Assembly (NCBI GenBank): GCA_951406725.2
Contig: OX597820.1
Span: 12,276,001-12,340,000 of the forward strand
Direction: 5' to 3'
Length of the DNA: 64,000 nt
Origin: Octopus vulgaris
Lineage: Eukaryota
Shown here: positions 25,979 through 38,746 of the stretch, in pieces
How the letters are laid out: every line of letters starts with the position of its first letter
Position numbering within the stretch: the first letter of the stretch is position 1
Notes under the pieces: model-generated
What the model was told of the DNA's origin: nothing
Seen by the model: only the letters and a program-made list of their open reading frames with translations
The model's database searches: none
Program-made: the position numbers and the translations under genes

Positions 25979-26109
25979 CGTATATATAATTATATATATA
26001 TATATATATACGTATCAGAGGTGGATTCACAAACTAGTGTAGCTCATTCAGCGGTGGTGCCCCAGCATGGCCGCGGCCTTCGGGCTAAAACATTTTTAAG
26101 GATTTAAGG

Positions 26110-26166
<57 letters not shown>

Positions 26167-26902
26167 CACAAATCTATCTATCTATCTCATATATATATAT
26201 TTATATATATATATAAACTGTATTCTACATTAAGTCTAGCATATTAAGAATATATTTTAATATCTTAACAGATTTTTCAAGATTACCAAGTGGAATAATG
26301 GAATTCGCCTCCAGTTTGTTTTAGTCCAAAATGGCGACGAACACTATTTCTACATGTGATCGGCTCCAAAAATGTTAAAGATATTAAGATATTTCTTAAC
26401 ATGTAACCAATGATAGCCTTAATACAAAGTAAAGAATCTTTATCCACTAGCGCAGCGTTGAGCACTCATTCTTTGTTTAACATTTATGTTTGTGTGTGTG
26501 TGCGTGTGTGTGACTGTATATATATATGCGTAATGTTTTAGAATGCTTAAACACACCGAATACCAATACAGTATTTTTGAACATGTAAACGTTGACTCAG
26601 TAGATGTTCTATCACATTATCTGAATGAGAGAAAAGAAGTAAAAGATCGGAATATTAGAAATATCTAGAAAGGACTTACAGACAGACATATAACATGAGA
26701 AATGAGATATACGCTATAAGACATTATCTGTACTTAACCTATTATATCTCGATAATCTCAGATTCATGCTATGTATTCTGTTATGTTTGAATATTAATAA
26801 ATGATTGATTTCATTGGATTATTTCACATACCATCGTGATTTCGCTTTTTGTAGTAAAATTGCTTATAGTGCATTCGCATTATATATGTACGTATGTGTG
26901 TA

Positions 26903-26956
<54 letters not shown>

Positions 26957-27221
26957 TATATATATATATATAGATAGATAGATATAGATATACATATAAA
27001 TCTTTAATCGTTAAATCTTTAAAATGTTTCAGCTTCAAGGGTGCGGTCATGCTGGGGCACCTTCGTTGAGAATGCTAACCATTATTTGAAACCTCCTCTA
27101 ATATGTGCCATTTGGTCAATGACGGAGTTTGACGCCGTTGCATTCATCCGTGTTTCCTGCCCTAGTGGTGGCTCATATGGTACCCTTGACAGGAAGAGAT
27201 CAGTTTTGTTTTAAAGACACT

Positions 27222-27747
27222 TACAAGGTGTGTAGCGTGTGATCGTCGCATTGACCATGACAGAGAAAGTTGAGCAGAGAATCTGCATCAAATTTTGCCA
27301 AAAACTTGATGATACCTGCTCAGCGTCCAACGCAAAGTTTTCAAAAAGGTTTTCATTGTTCTCGACACAATCAAGATCTTGTGCAACTGAAACCCCAATG
27401 TCTTTTTGGTCAGCTGAAAGCAGTTTTGTCACAAGCTTGGCAGACCCGCGTCTCATACTCAAATCTTCAGTGATAATGGACTGAATCATCACTAATCTGC
27501 ACATCCTCTGATACAATTTCTCTCCATACAATTTCTGCAACTTACTCTGTCATGGTCAATTCAACGATCACACGCTACACACCTTTCTTCCAAGCACTGC
27601 AGCAAACAGTGAAAGTGAGCTAGAATGTTAACATTTATTGCATATGCACAGCAGAGGTTAACGTCACTCCTTATCAAGCGGCTTTACTGTGCGTGCTTTT
27701 GCTTCGTTACTATGGCAACAGTCCGGATACTTATTGATCAGACCTTG
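27222..27747 (-). mobile_element. Mariner-derived non-autonomous element, truncated on the left
   Basis: Peptides MTEKVEQRICIKFCQKLD and IQSIITEDLSMRRGSAKLVTKLL (mariner HTH and WVPxxL-type linker). The TIR ...CAGTCCGGATACTTATTGATCAGACCTTG ends at TA. Confidence 0.85.
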
Positions 27748-28014
27748 TATAAATATATATAAATATGAGTGTGTATGAATATCTGTATATCTCTTCTTTG
27801 TTTCAATAATTAGACCGGGGCCCTTGCTGAGGCACTGGATTGATGAATTTCAGTCGAACAAGACAACCCTAGTACTTAATTTTTTAAAGCCCCGTACTTA
27901 TTCTACCAGTCTCTGCCGACCCACCTAAGCTTCGGTACGTAAACAAACCAAACACAGACACACTCATACACATACATATATATGTATATACATGTCTGTG
28001 CGCATGTGTTTATG

Positions 28015-28086
<72 letters not shown>

Positions 28087-28094
28087 TATATATG

Positions 28095-28941
28095 CTAGGT
28101 CTGATCAATAAGTATCCGGACTGTTGCCGTAGTAACGAAGCTAAAGCACTCAGAGTGAAGGCGCATGGCAAAGAGTGACCCTGACCTATGCTCTGCATGC
28201 GCACTAACTGTTAACAGTCTAGTTCACTTCGTCTGTTTGCAGCAGTGCTTGGAAGGAAGGTGTGTAGCATGTGATTGTCGCATTGACCATGGCAGAGAAA
28301 GCTGTATTGCAATACCTGCTCAGAAGTCTACGCAAAGTTGCAGAAAGTGTGTAGAGAGTATGAGCCCCACAAACGTGTACGACTGGTTCAGACGTCTGCA
28401 AGCTGGCCGAAAATTCGATATTGATGAACGATCTAGGAGAGTCGTAACCAGCAGAACTGAGATAAACATCGCAGATGTGCGTGAAACTGTGAGGGGGATT
28501 TGTTGAAACCCCATCCGCGAGTTATCAGAGGATACGCAGATTAGTGACGGTTCAGTCCCTTATCACTGAAGATTTGTGTCAAAACCGCTTTCAGCTGACC
28601 AAAAACTGCGGTTTTCAGTTGCACAAGATCTTGATTGTGTCAAGACGGATGAAAATTTTTGAAAACTTTACGTACGCCTCTGAGCAGGTATCATCAAGCT
28701 TTTGGCAAAACTTAATGCAGATTCTTTGCTCAACTTTCTCTGTCATCGTCAATGCGATGATCACACACTACACACCTTCCTTCCAAGAACTGCTGTAAAC
28801 AGCAGAAGTGAGCTAGAGCGTTAGAACCTAGTGTGCATGTACAGTAGAGCTTAACGTCAATTTGTACCGAGCAGCTTTACTCTGCGTGCTTTAGCTTCGT
28901 TACTATTGCAACTGTCCTGATACTTGTTGATCTGATCACTT
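28095..28941 (+). mobile_element. Mariner-derived non-autonomous element with long TIRs that include the transposase start
   Basis: TIR CTAGGTCTGATCAATAAGTATCCGGACTGTTGCC with its reverse complement at the right end. Internal VYDWFRRLQAGR..DERS..TSRTEINIADV is mariner HTH sequence. Confidence 0.85.
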
Positions 28942-29013
28942 ATATGTATGTGATATAGGTAGATAGATAGATAGATATATAGATAGATAGCTAGATAAAC
29001 CGAAAGATAGATG

Positions 29014-29077
<64 letters not shown>

Positions 29078-29379
29078 TACATGCAAACACGTACAAGTTG
29101 GAGAAATTAGTATTCGAATATCAAAGTAGAAGTAATTTATTGACGCTGAAAATATTTCAGAAACTTTTACTCAGAGACCCTTGTACCCTATCATCAAATT
29201 CCGGTTAGTATTTAGGTGAATACTATGGTTTAAGTGTAATTATAAGTGTATGTAAACGGTAGTTCATCTTTTTGTCTTTTATCCGTTGCTGGTTGCACCT
29301 GGAGGCTGAGGCCTTACTGGGGCAATATCTTTTACTGCGACCAGGTTTCTTTTCTGTACTGTTTTGGGAGAAGTAGGTA

Positions 29380-29900
29380 GTCCAACGGAGCTCCTCTTCT
29401 TTGTGTTTCCTACCTGGACGTGTTTTCATCTGGTATCTGAAATAATAATTTGCTCAGACACTCTTTGAAGACCTTCACATCTTTTCGGACATTTCTGAGG
29501 TTGATTTGCAGAATGTTGAATAGTTGTGGAAACTTGAAACTGGGCCCTTATTCTAGATCAAGCGGACGGAACGTTCGGTACTATGCAGTACCGTCCAGTT
29601 CGGTGGTTAGTAAGTTGAGACCTAGACCTTCTAGGATCTTCCATATGTATATCACTGCATATTTTTTAACGCTTTCTATCGTCTGTTGCATCGAGTCAAT
29701 CTTCTTTCTATAGTAGTGCTGGGTTGCATCAAGTTTCGCCACCAGTTTGATAGTCTGCGGTGACCACAGTTGGGAATAGAAATCTGGACACCTGAGAACG
29801 AAAGTTCTCCAAAGCAGTAGCATGGCATCCTTTTTCCTAGTCCTGAATGATCTCAGAATCCATTCACCTACTTACCTGCTCGATGCTGTCATCTTTCTAA
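29380..29900 (-). mobile_element. CR1/L2-group LINE 3' fragment
   Basis: Minus strand reads LRSFRTRKKDAMLLLWRTFVL..DFYSQLWSP..KYAVIYIWKILEGL..FKFPQLFNIL. Confidence 0.75.
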
Positions 29901-31105
29901 TATGCACACGGAATGTGAATATTATAATGATTATTATTTGGTACCTTCTCTGATAAACGTTCAAAAGCTGAATACACGGGGCAATATTGTTCAAAATAAC
30001 ATGAATCTAGTGAATAAAAAGCGATTGACTGCAACGGAAAGTGATTTAAAACTGGATAAATTATCTATGCTCATGGTAATAGACATAGAAAAATCAGCAA
30101 ATGATAAAATCACTTTTAGAAAGAAAGCGGGGAAGAAAAATGCTGTAAGCGGTAAAAATTGAAATTTGTATTAAAGAAGAATACAAGAGAGAATGCGCAT
30201 CACAAAAAATTATTATTATTATTATTATTATTATCTGCTCCGTTTAATATATTTTCAATATCTCTGTCAACTCATTATTATTTAGAATATATTGTTTAAT
30301 TATTTTCTTTTATTCTGATATTGCCAACTATTTGTATTTCTCAATTTACATGTCACTTCTACAGAGAGAAATAGAAACCACGCCACAAACACCACCCCTT
30401 TCTTTCCCTTTAATTGTTGCGTGGAAACCTGCATAGTTTTTGCTTAGATTGGACGTCCTACTGTAAAAGTGAACCATTATATATATATTAAAATTTAAAG
30501 GTAAAAAACAAAACCACATCAATAACGCAGAAATAAGAGCTGCAACGGAAATCAATTGCATTAATGCAATAATACTTCATTGCAATTCCATGTTTTGTCT
30601 ATTTTTTTACCTCTTCATCATCTCCAAAATTCGATTCCCTTCCTGTTGGTGTTTTCTCTTCCACCATGCTTCTTCCTCTATCAAAATCATTAAATTCAAC
30701 TAAAAATCCATTTTATTTTCAAATATAAAACATTTTTCTAGTCGTAGTATTTTGTTGTGGCAAGAATAATGAAAATAATAAATCCCAATAATATCTCAAT
30801 GATTAAAAACTAACATCTCAATAACATCTGAAAGTAACGAAAGTAACGAAATGCCTATTAATGTTACAGATCATGTTCCGTTTGGAAAATTATTCTTTTT
30901 GTTTTGTAGCTGAAAAAAAAAACCAACAAAAAACACCGAGATGGGAAAATTAAAAATTAAAAGGAATAAAGGAAAATAATTGCTATTTACCAAGCCATTG
31001 ATATCAAAGAATCTAAAGCAAACGGCAGTGAAAATAACGTGTTTCGAATGATGAGCTGAACTTCTATTATATTGAGTTGCCTGCAATGTGATAATGGAGA
31101 CAGTT

Positions 31106-31492
31106 GGAGGCGCAATGGCCCAGTGGTTAGGGCAGCGGACTCGCGGTCGGAGGAACACGGTTTCGATTCCCAGACCGGCCATTGTGAGTGTTTATTGAGC
31201 GAAAACACCTAAAGCTCCACGAGGCTCCGGCAGGCGTTGGTGGTGAACCCTGCTGTACTCTTTCACCACAACTTTCTCTCACTCTTTCTTCCTGTTTCTC
31301 TTGTACCTGTATTTCAAAGGGCCAGCCTTGTCACATTCTGTGTGTCACGCTGAATCTCCTCGAGAACTACGTTAAGGGTACACGTGTCTGTGGAGTGCTC
31401 AGCCACTTGCACGTTAATATAACGAGCAAGCTGTTCCGTTGATTGTATCAGCTGGGACCCTCATCGTCGCAACCGACGGAGTGCTCCTACAT
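31106..31492 (+). mobile_element. Full-length tRNA-derived SINE (OR-type head, tail type 1) with a target-site duplication
   Basis: A and B boxes present. TAATGGAGACAGTT (31092-31105) and TAATGGAGGCAGTT (31493-31506) flank the element. Confidence 0.9.
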
Positions 31493-32291
31493 TAATGGAG
31501 GCAGTTGTTATTGGAACGGTGATTTCAGTAGGATGATAATAATAGTGCTTGCAGTTCAATAGCGATGTTATTAACAAGAACTGAAGTAGTTTTATGATAA
31601 CGAAGAGAGCTCATGTGAACTAGGGAACCGAAAACTTTTGACAGCCAAAGCAAAAACTATGGAGTTAAAGATCGTAGTGTTGTTGTGTCCCACGACACCA
31701 AACATCTTGCCAGGAATAAGGTATTTAATAATACAATATCTATATGGATCTTCTGTTTCTAAAGACAATAATTTGCGAATTAGGGAGATTTGAATTGCTT
31801 CCAAGCAGACCAAAGGTGAGTATAGCTACTTCATCATTGGCTGCTAACAATTTTAAAATGAATCAAACGAAAATAGAAAAAGGAAATTTTCGTTTTTATC
31901 TTAATTTCATTTTCTAAAATATTTACATGTATAACAAGCACAGAAATAGTTATGTGGTTAATAAGTTCGCTTCCCACGTATAGGGTTAGCAAATATTTTC
32001 TAATATAGTCCCAAGTTGATCAATATATTGTGAGTGGAATTTAGTGAAAAGAAACTATTCAACAGCCCGTTATATAAGTACAAGCTTATATGTAGTGCAT
32101 TATTCTTTTAAGGGCATGAACTTAGTTATTTATGACCTAATTTGCTTTGAGTTGCTCCCTTTAAAATAATTAGCTTTACATTTCTCAAAGTTTCTAAATT
32201 CATATGCGAACGTATCTATCTATTTATCTCTCTATGTATCTATACACGCGCGCGCATACCTATAGATATATATCATTAATAGGCTCGAGAG

Positions 32292-32348
<57 letters not shown>

Positions 32349-32429
32349 TGTATATATATATATATATATATATAAATATATATGCATGTATATATAATCA
32401 TATATATAAGTATATATATATAATAATTT

Positions 32430-32684
32430 TTTGGCGTAATAAGATGAAAAACCAAGGCTTTATAGATATTAGAGCATTTATTGATAGAAGGTCTTAAGTC
32501 CTTAGTTTTGGAGAGGAGGAGTAAGAGGAAAGTCTTTTGTGAAGGAATAGGTGTGTCCTTAAGAGAGATGCCAAGGAATTGTTAATCCATTAGTGAAGTT
32601 TTACCTGGGATAAGTGCTTATATTAGCGAGAAGTTGAGGTTATAAGAGATAATGGTATCATTGAGACCCAAAGGTGTCAGGTAA

Positions 32685-32688
<4 letters not shown>
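32430..32688 (-). mobile_element. PLE 3'-end relic between (TA)n tracts
   Basis: Minus strand reads RYLTPLGLN, compared with RSYTPFGLN at the end of the Neptune endonuclease domain; a pyrimidine-rich UTR follows. Confidence 0.45.
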
Positions 32689-32776
<88 letters not shown>

Positions 32777-33324
32777 AAACATACAAAATGGAAAATTAGC
32801 CAATAGGAAAAACGTAGAACGTTGAAAGAAGTACTGGGGTGTCATGACTAAATACGTGGCTCCTGCATATTAAAAACAGTTAAATAATCGAAATTTGTAA
32901 AAAGAAATAATACATTTCATCCAATTAGCGCGAAAACTTCTTTCTCGGCCCATATTTTCCTATCTTTTTTTTTTTTGTGGCTTATGTGAAATAAAAAAAG
33001 AAACACGGAATCTGTCCCAATCTTATCGTTTATATCGAAACAAGTATGTCATATGCTGATTTTGAATATAGATATATGATCAAACATTGCAGAAAAAAAA
33101 AGAGACGTGATTGATTAAGTATACCCTAATATTTGCTTCACATTAATTTTGTCGATCTAGATTAGTGAAAAGTTGACATATCCGAGATTCGAACACCTTA
33201 TTTGTTCAAGGTATTTTAGCAATCTACCGATCCCGTTAATCCACCACTAGTATGTTTTACATATCTCAGGTATAGAAATCGTCTTTTGCATTGCTTATAT
33301 ATCTTTCAATATGTATGTCTATTA

Positions 33325-33515
33325 AGGTGGTGAGCTGGTGGAATAGTTATATGACGACGTTTAGTACGTCTTTACGTTGTGAGTTCAAATTGCACCGAAG
33401 TCGACTCTGTGCTCCTCCATCCGTTTTGGAGGTGTCGATAAAACAGGTACTAGTAGAGCACTGGGGTTGAGTAACCGACTTACTCCCTCCCCGAAATTGC
33501 TGGCCTTGTGCCAGT
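33325..33515 (+). mobile_element. Decayed Meta-like SINE
   Basis: Head GGTGGTGAGCTGG, B box GAGTTCAAAT, core GTCGATAAAACAGGTAC, tail GCTGGCCTTGTGCC. Confidence 0.7.
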
Positions 33516-33960
33516 AGCACTATCTTACAAATTATCTATATTTGAATATAGATGAGAAACTACTCAAATTTATAAAGATAAATAATATCAACGCATTTGT
33601 TCTTTAATTGACTAACGCAACCTGAAACCAAAATTTCTAATATGCATGTTATCTATTTTCAGTTATATTAGTAATAAAAAGAAATTATTTCCTCCAGATA
33701 TTAAATATAATTATGAATGAGAAAATGTTAAGCAATCTACATTCGGTGTTTCTTGTGTGATGGAGGTGACTTTTGTGTATTATAGAATAGCTTCAATGTT
33801 GTGCGACTGATTAAGGACGTATGTCATTGAATTCATAAAAGGCGTATACCGTACAGAGATGGTGCACAAAGACAGTGCGTTATGCACAACAGAAAAAATA
33901 CAAATACATAAATAAATAAATATATCTCAACAATTTTGCAGAATATTTAAATACAATACC

Positions 33961-34203
33961 TATTTCTTTACTACCCACAAGGGGCTAAACACAGAGAGGA
34001 CAAACAAGGACAAACAAGGACAGACAAACAGCTTAAGTCGATTATTTCGACTCCAGTGTGTAACTGGTACTTAATTTACCGACTCCGAAAGGATGAAAGG
34101 CAAAGTGGACCTCGGCGGAATTTGAACTCAGAACGTAACGGCAGACGAAATACGGCTACGCATTTCGCCCGGCGTGCTAACGTTTCTGCCAGTTCGCCGC
34201 CTC
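33961..34203 (-). mobile_element. Full-length Meta-like SINE with a 14-bp TSD
   Basis: Complete head-core-tail structure. ATTTAAATACAATA occurs at 33945-33958 and 34207-34220. Confidence 0.9.
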
Positions 34204-34940
34204 TTAATTTAAATACAATATCGTTAATGTTCTGGGAATGCCACTTCGATAAATAATTTCTGAAATACTGGAACCATATATCTTCTCCTAATACATTGGA
34301 TAACCACTGAAATATTTACGAGGAACAATCATTCTCTCTATTTCCTTCTTTAGTTGAAACCCTTAATGAGTATCCCTGTACTTCCACATTTTCATCGCTT
34401 TTTAACTCACAATGCCAAACTTTATCATATAATGTATACATTGACTCTAAGTTTTGTAGTCTTATACTTTATCACTAGTTCTTTTTTAATTTTCTCTTGT
34501 GCTATATCAGTATACTTCAACACTATTAGTCAAATATATTTTAGTAGTTTCCCAAAGGGAACTACTCGCACCTAACGGTCACTTTCAAAATTTGTGTTAT
34601 ACACTTGAAATTATACACCTTGATATTGTACTTGATATGCGATACCAGATGTTTGAGAGTCAATGCATAACTATTAATTACACTTGCCCGGTATTCTGGA
34701 CGTTCGAAAGACTGTTGTTTTGTGGTCTGATGACTTTTCAGACTTCAGTAGAGAGTATAGTTGCATTAGCACGCGCGCGCACGCACACACAGAGACACAG
34801 ACACACATACACACACACACAAACACATACACACACAAACACACACACAAACACACACACACACACACACACACAGAATTGCAACCACACGTGGGTCCTG
34901 GCGATTTTCCTTCTCTTTCTTTGGACGTTTCCCTTTCTCA

Positions 34941-34973
34941 TTTCCGACGGAGAACAATGCTCAAAACGTTAAA
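34941..34973 (+). ncRNA. Degenerate hammerhead-like motif in a PLE terminal-repeat remnant (~34890-35010)
   Basis: TTT-CCGACGG-A-GAAC-AAT-GCTC-AAAA-CG-TT-AAA is homologous to 5143-5176. Several core positions are mutated, so it is probably inactive. Confidence 0.5.
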
Positions 34974-35091
34974 AACTCTCCCCTTTCACCGAGCGTCAAG
35001 CATAAAATATACTGTTGCATAAAATATTAAAATCTGCATGTAGGTATACACACACACATAAAAGCCCACCAAAAACTAGGCGTATATATAC

Positions 35092-35650
35092 TGGTTTCAA
35101 ATTTTGACACAAGGCCAGCATATACAGGGAATGAGGTAAGCATATCCCCTGTATATGCTGGCATTATTACCCACAAGGGGCTAAACATAGAAGGGACAAA
35201 CAAGGAAAGTCAAACAGATTAAGTCAATTACATCGACCTCAGTGAGTAACTGGTACTTAATTTATCGACCCCGAAAGGATGAAAGACAAAGTCGACCTCG
35301 GCGGAATTTAAATTCAGAAGGTAACGGCAGACGAAATACGTATTTCTTTATTACCCACAAGGGGCTAAACACAGAGGGGACAAACAAGGACAGACATAGG
35401 TATTAATTCGATTACATCGACCCCAGTGCGTAAATGGTACTTAATTTATCGACCCCGAAAGGATGAAAGGCAAAGTCGACCTCGGCGGAATTTGAACTCA
35501 CAACGTAACGCAGACGAAATACGGCTACGCATTTCGCCCGGCGTGCTAACTGTTCTGCCAGCACGCCGCCTTGTAAGTCGGTTATATCGACCGCAGTGCT
35601 CGACTGGTGCTTATTTTATCGACTTGGAAAGGATGAAAGGTAAAAATCGA
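35092..35650 (-). mobile_element. Meta-like SINE dimer nested in an older Meta-like SINE
   Basis: Two tandem units (35165-35571) with the junction GAAATACG|TATTTC. The host SINE is split at GTAAG, which occurs on both sides. Confidence 0.85.
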
Positions 35651-35937
35651 TGCTTTACGTTGTTGCTGTTTAACCTCAAATCAGTCTTAATCGGGAAGAC
35701 CTGTCATTAAATTCCTTGCAACTGACCCACGACATACTTCTTCAGTCATGCAGTAACGCAACCTACAGGTTTTAATGCATTTCGTTTTCAAAAGCAATAG
35801 CATGTGATTTATAGAAATGTGGCGACTGTATAGAAGATACCTTCGTTGAGTGCAGAAATCAACTGTGGAAGTGTGAGATGTATAGCATTCTTTTGTGTGT
35901 TTCGGCGTGTGTGCGTATAAATAATTTCCAGTTTCAC

Positions 35938-36352
35938 AGGCGAAGGATTGGGTGTGTGGTAAGTAGCTTGCTTACCAATCACATGCTCCCGGGTTCAGTC
36001 CCATTGCATGGAACCTTGGGCAAGTGTCTTCTACTATAGCCTCGGGCTGAACAAAGCCTTGTGAGTGGATTTGGTAAACGGAAACTAGAAGAAGCCCGTC
36101 GTATATATATATATATGTATGTATGTATGTGTGTGTGTATATGTTTGTGTGTCTGTTTGTCCCCCAGCATCGCTTGACAACCGATGCTGGTGTGTTTACG
36201 TCCCCGTAACGTAGCGGTTCGGCAAAAGAGACCGATAGAATAAGTACTAGGCTTACAAAGAATAAGCTCTGGTGTCGATTTGCTCGACTATAAAGGCGGT
36301 GCTTCAGCATGGCAGCAGTCAAATGACTGAAACGAGTAAAAGAATAAAAGAG
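35938..36352 (+). mobile_element. CORE-type SINE (OR2-like) with an internal (TA)/(TG) microsatellite
   Basis: B box GGGTTCAGTCCC, CORE-like ACCTTGGGCAAGTGTCTT, tail GGCGGTGCTTCAGCATGGC..GACTGAAAC..TAAAAGA. Confidence 0.9.
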
Positions 36353-37216
36353 TTTATGAGGGGCTAAGGTATGATTCTGGCTGTAACATTGAGTTCTTTT
36401 GATTCGATGATAGCAACAAATATATTGTCACTTTAGGGGCTGTTGATGGTGTAGAATTTATATTTCATCAAGGCTGCAAGTGGTTCTGCAAATAGTTTTT
36501 ATTTGGCATTTGTTATATTATTTGATTTTCTCATAAAGGTTAGTAATTATATTAGGTTTCAATGTCCTTCTGCCCTAGTTATTAGATATATGTGAAAAAG
36601 CTAGATAGCATGTCTTTGAACATTTAAAAAGAATGCAAACAAGTTTCATTCTATTCCAATTTATAAGGTTGCTGGGAACTTTGAACTAATGCACTCGCGT
36701 GCAGTTAAATAAACACATAGACACACACACACACACGCGCGCATAGACGCACAAACATACTAACAGCATGACAGTTTAAAAACATATAATTTATGTCATA
36801 TTTATTTAATTAATGAATTTAATCAATAACTGACAAGGCATCTCAGAAGCATCATATCATGACCCTTAGCCTAGAGAATAGACAAAAATAGATCACCAAT
36901 ACTAGAGAGAAGAAATAAATGAAAAAGATGTACAGATGACGGACATTTTAATGTTTCCTTTGTTAAATCATTTTCCGTTGTAGTGTCTCAGAATTGGATG
37001 GTTGTGCATTCGAACAATTAATTCTACAATGTTTCCGGAAAGTCCCCAGAAGAGCATAAACGTGCTTCCATGCGACCTCCTCGTGCGAATATAGTTTAAA
37101 TAAATATATCCCATTCAAATCTAGCAAAGTCATTGCTCATTTATCTTTTTCAATGTCTGATGCATTTTATACATTGACAGATCCAACTGAATTTGTGGCA
37201 GATTAAAGTTCAGTAG

Positions 37217-37376
37217 GCACAGGCCTGGCTGAGTGGCAAGAAGTTTGTTTCCTAGTCACATGGTTCCGGGTTCAGTCCCACTGCGTGGAACTTTGGCAAT
37301 TGCCATATACTTTAGCCTTAGGTCGACCAAAGCCTTGTGAGAGGATTTGGTAGACGGAGAATATAAACAGCCCGTC

Positions 37377-37379
<3 letters not shown>
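37217..37379 (+). mobile_element. 5' half of the CORE-type SINE
   Basis: Head and CORE-like body end at CCCGTCG, followed by (TA)n. Confidence 0.8.
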
Positions 37380-37436
<57 letters not shown>

Positions 37437-37439
37437 ATA

Positions 37440-37675
37440 CTTTATTTTAAGCAGCAGAAAATTCAACAAATTCTGTTATGAGTTTCTCGTTCGTTATCAG
37501 ACAGTTTTTGCTAGAATTCTAGCAAAAACTGTCTGATGAACGGCAACGAGAAACTCAGAGTAACAGATTTTGTTGAATTTTCTGCTGCTTAAAATAAAGC
37601 ATATTACTCTACCACTGGTATTTGAGTACTCTTTTTTCCACCTTGTTTCACATTTATGTGTTTACTCCGGTCTAT
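37440..37675. repeat. Spacerless palindrome (37440-37599) centred on GAATTC; probable inverted PLE terminal repeat, with the right arm extending to ~37675
   Basis: ...CAGACAGTTTTTGCTAGAA|TTCTAGCAAAAACTGTCTG...; the ~80-bp arms are reverse-complementary with a few small indels. Confidence 0.9.
37529..37566 (+). ncRNA. Minimal type I hammerhead-ribozyme-like motif with canonical core
   Basis: Stem I CTGT/ACAG, core CTGATGA, short stem II (CG-GCAA-CG), GAAA, stem III ACTC-A-GAGT, predicted cleavage after GUA. The stem II closing pair is imperfect. Confidence 0.7.
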
Positions 37676-37946
37676 TTATATATATATATATATATACATG
37701 TATGTATGTATGTATGTATGTATGTAGGTATGTATGTATGTATGTATGTTTCTGCAGCTCTTGGTGGTCCAAATCGGATATGCAATCTATGTGGGTGTCT
37801 TTTCAGAACATTATCTGGTCTAAAAAGCCACATCAGATGCCATAATGGTTCTAAGGTGTAGGTACAGGAGGTGGTCAAACTCTGCATAAGGAGTAGACAT
37901 CCATCAAATGTTTTTATGTATGTATGTATGTATGTATGTATGTATG

Positions 37947-37977
<31 letters not shown>

Positions 37978-38588
37978 GTACGTACGTATGTATACATGCA
38001 TGTACGTTTGTATGCATGTATATACATATATGTGTTTGTATCTGGGTGCGTATGCATGTGTGTGCGTCTGTTTAAAGTGGTGTAAGTGTTTTATATATTA
38101 ATAAAAAAAAAAGTAGTAGAAATTTTAGATTATTATTTATTTAGCGCCTTCATCTCGTTTCTGAAAATATTTGCAAATGATGTTTTTACAGAAATGTTTT
38201 ACCTTTTATATATGTATGAGTTAGTCGAAAAAATCTGGAGTTGAATAGGAAAGAGAACGTTCGTTTGTTGATATGAATGTATGTGTGTGTGTGTGTGTAT
38301 ATATATATGTGCATATATGTGTGTAATGCGTGTGTCCGTTTGTGTGTGTATGTGTGTGGTGAATTTTTGGCGGGTTGTTTAGAGGGAAGAAAAGAGAAAA
38401 CAAAAGACAAAAGAAAGAAAAGGGAAAGAAAGACAGGAAGAAAAAAAGAGAGGAAGGTATCTTTTTCTGAGATGGTTGAAATTGTAATGTATTCTTATGG
38501 TGATGTACGCAGCTGTAAAAAAAAACGGTCTTTCTCTGGGATGGGTGAAATTCAAGATATCAGCTTTTAGTCATTGTATCGTCAGTCG

Positions 38589-38675
<87 letters not shown>

Positions 38676-38746
38676 TTTAAACACGAATATAAAATATACG
38701 TTTATATAATACATATGATGCATTATGTAACGTATGTACACACATA

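Noticed and set aside
31106-31180. tRNA-like sequence with A and B boxes (also other SINE heads)
   Set aside because: There is no closed acceptor stem and the sequence continues into a SINE body flanked by a TSD, so it is not a tRNA gene.
36360-36700. Possible PLE RT-thumb relic on the minus strand
   Set aside because: Only scattered two- to three-residue matches, which is not supportable without a profile search.
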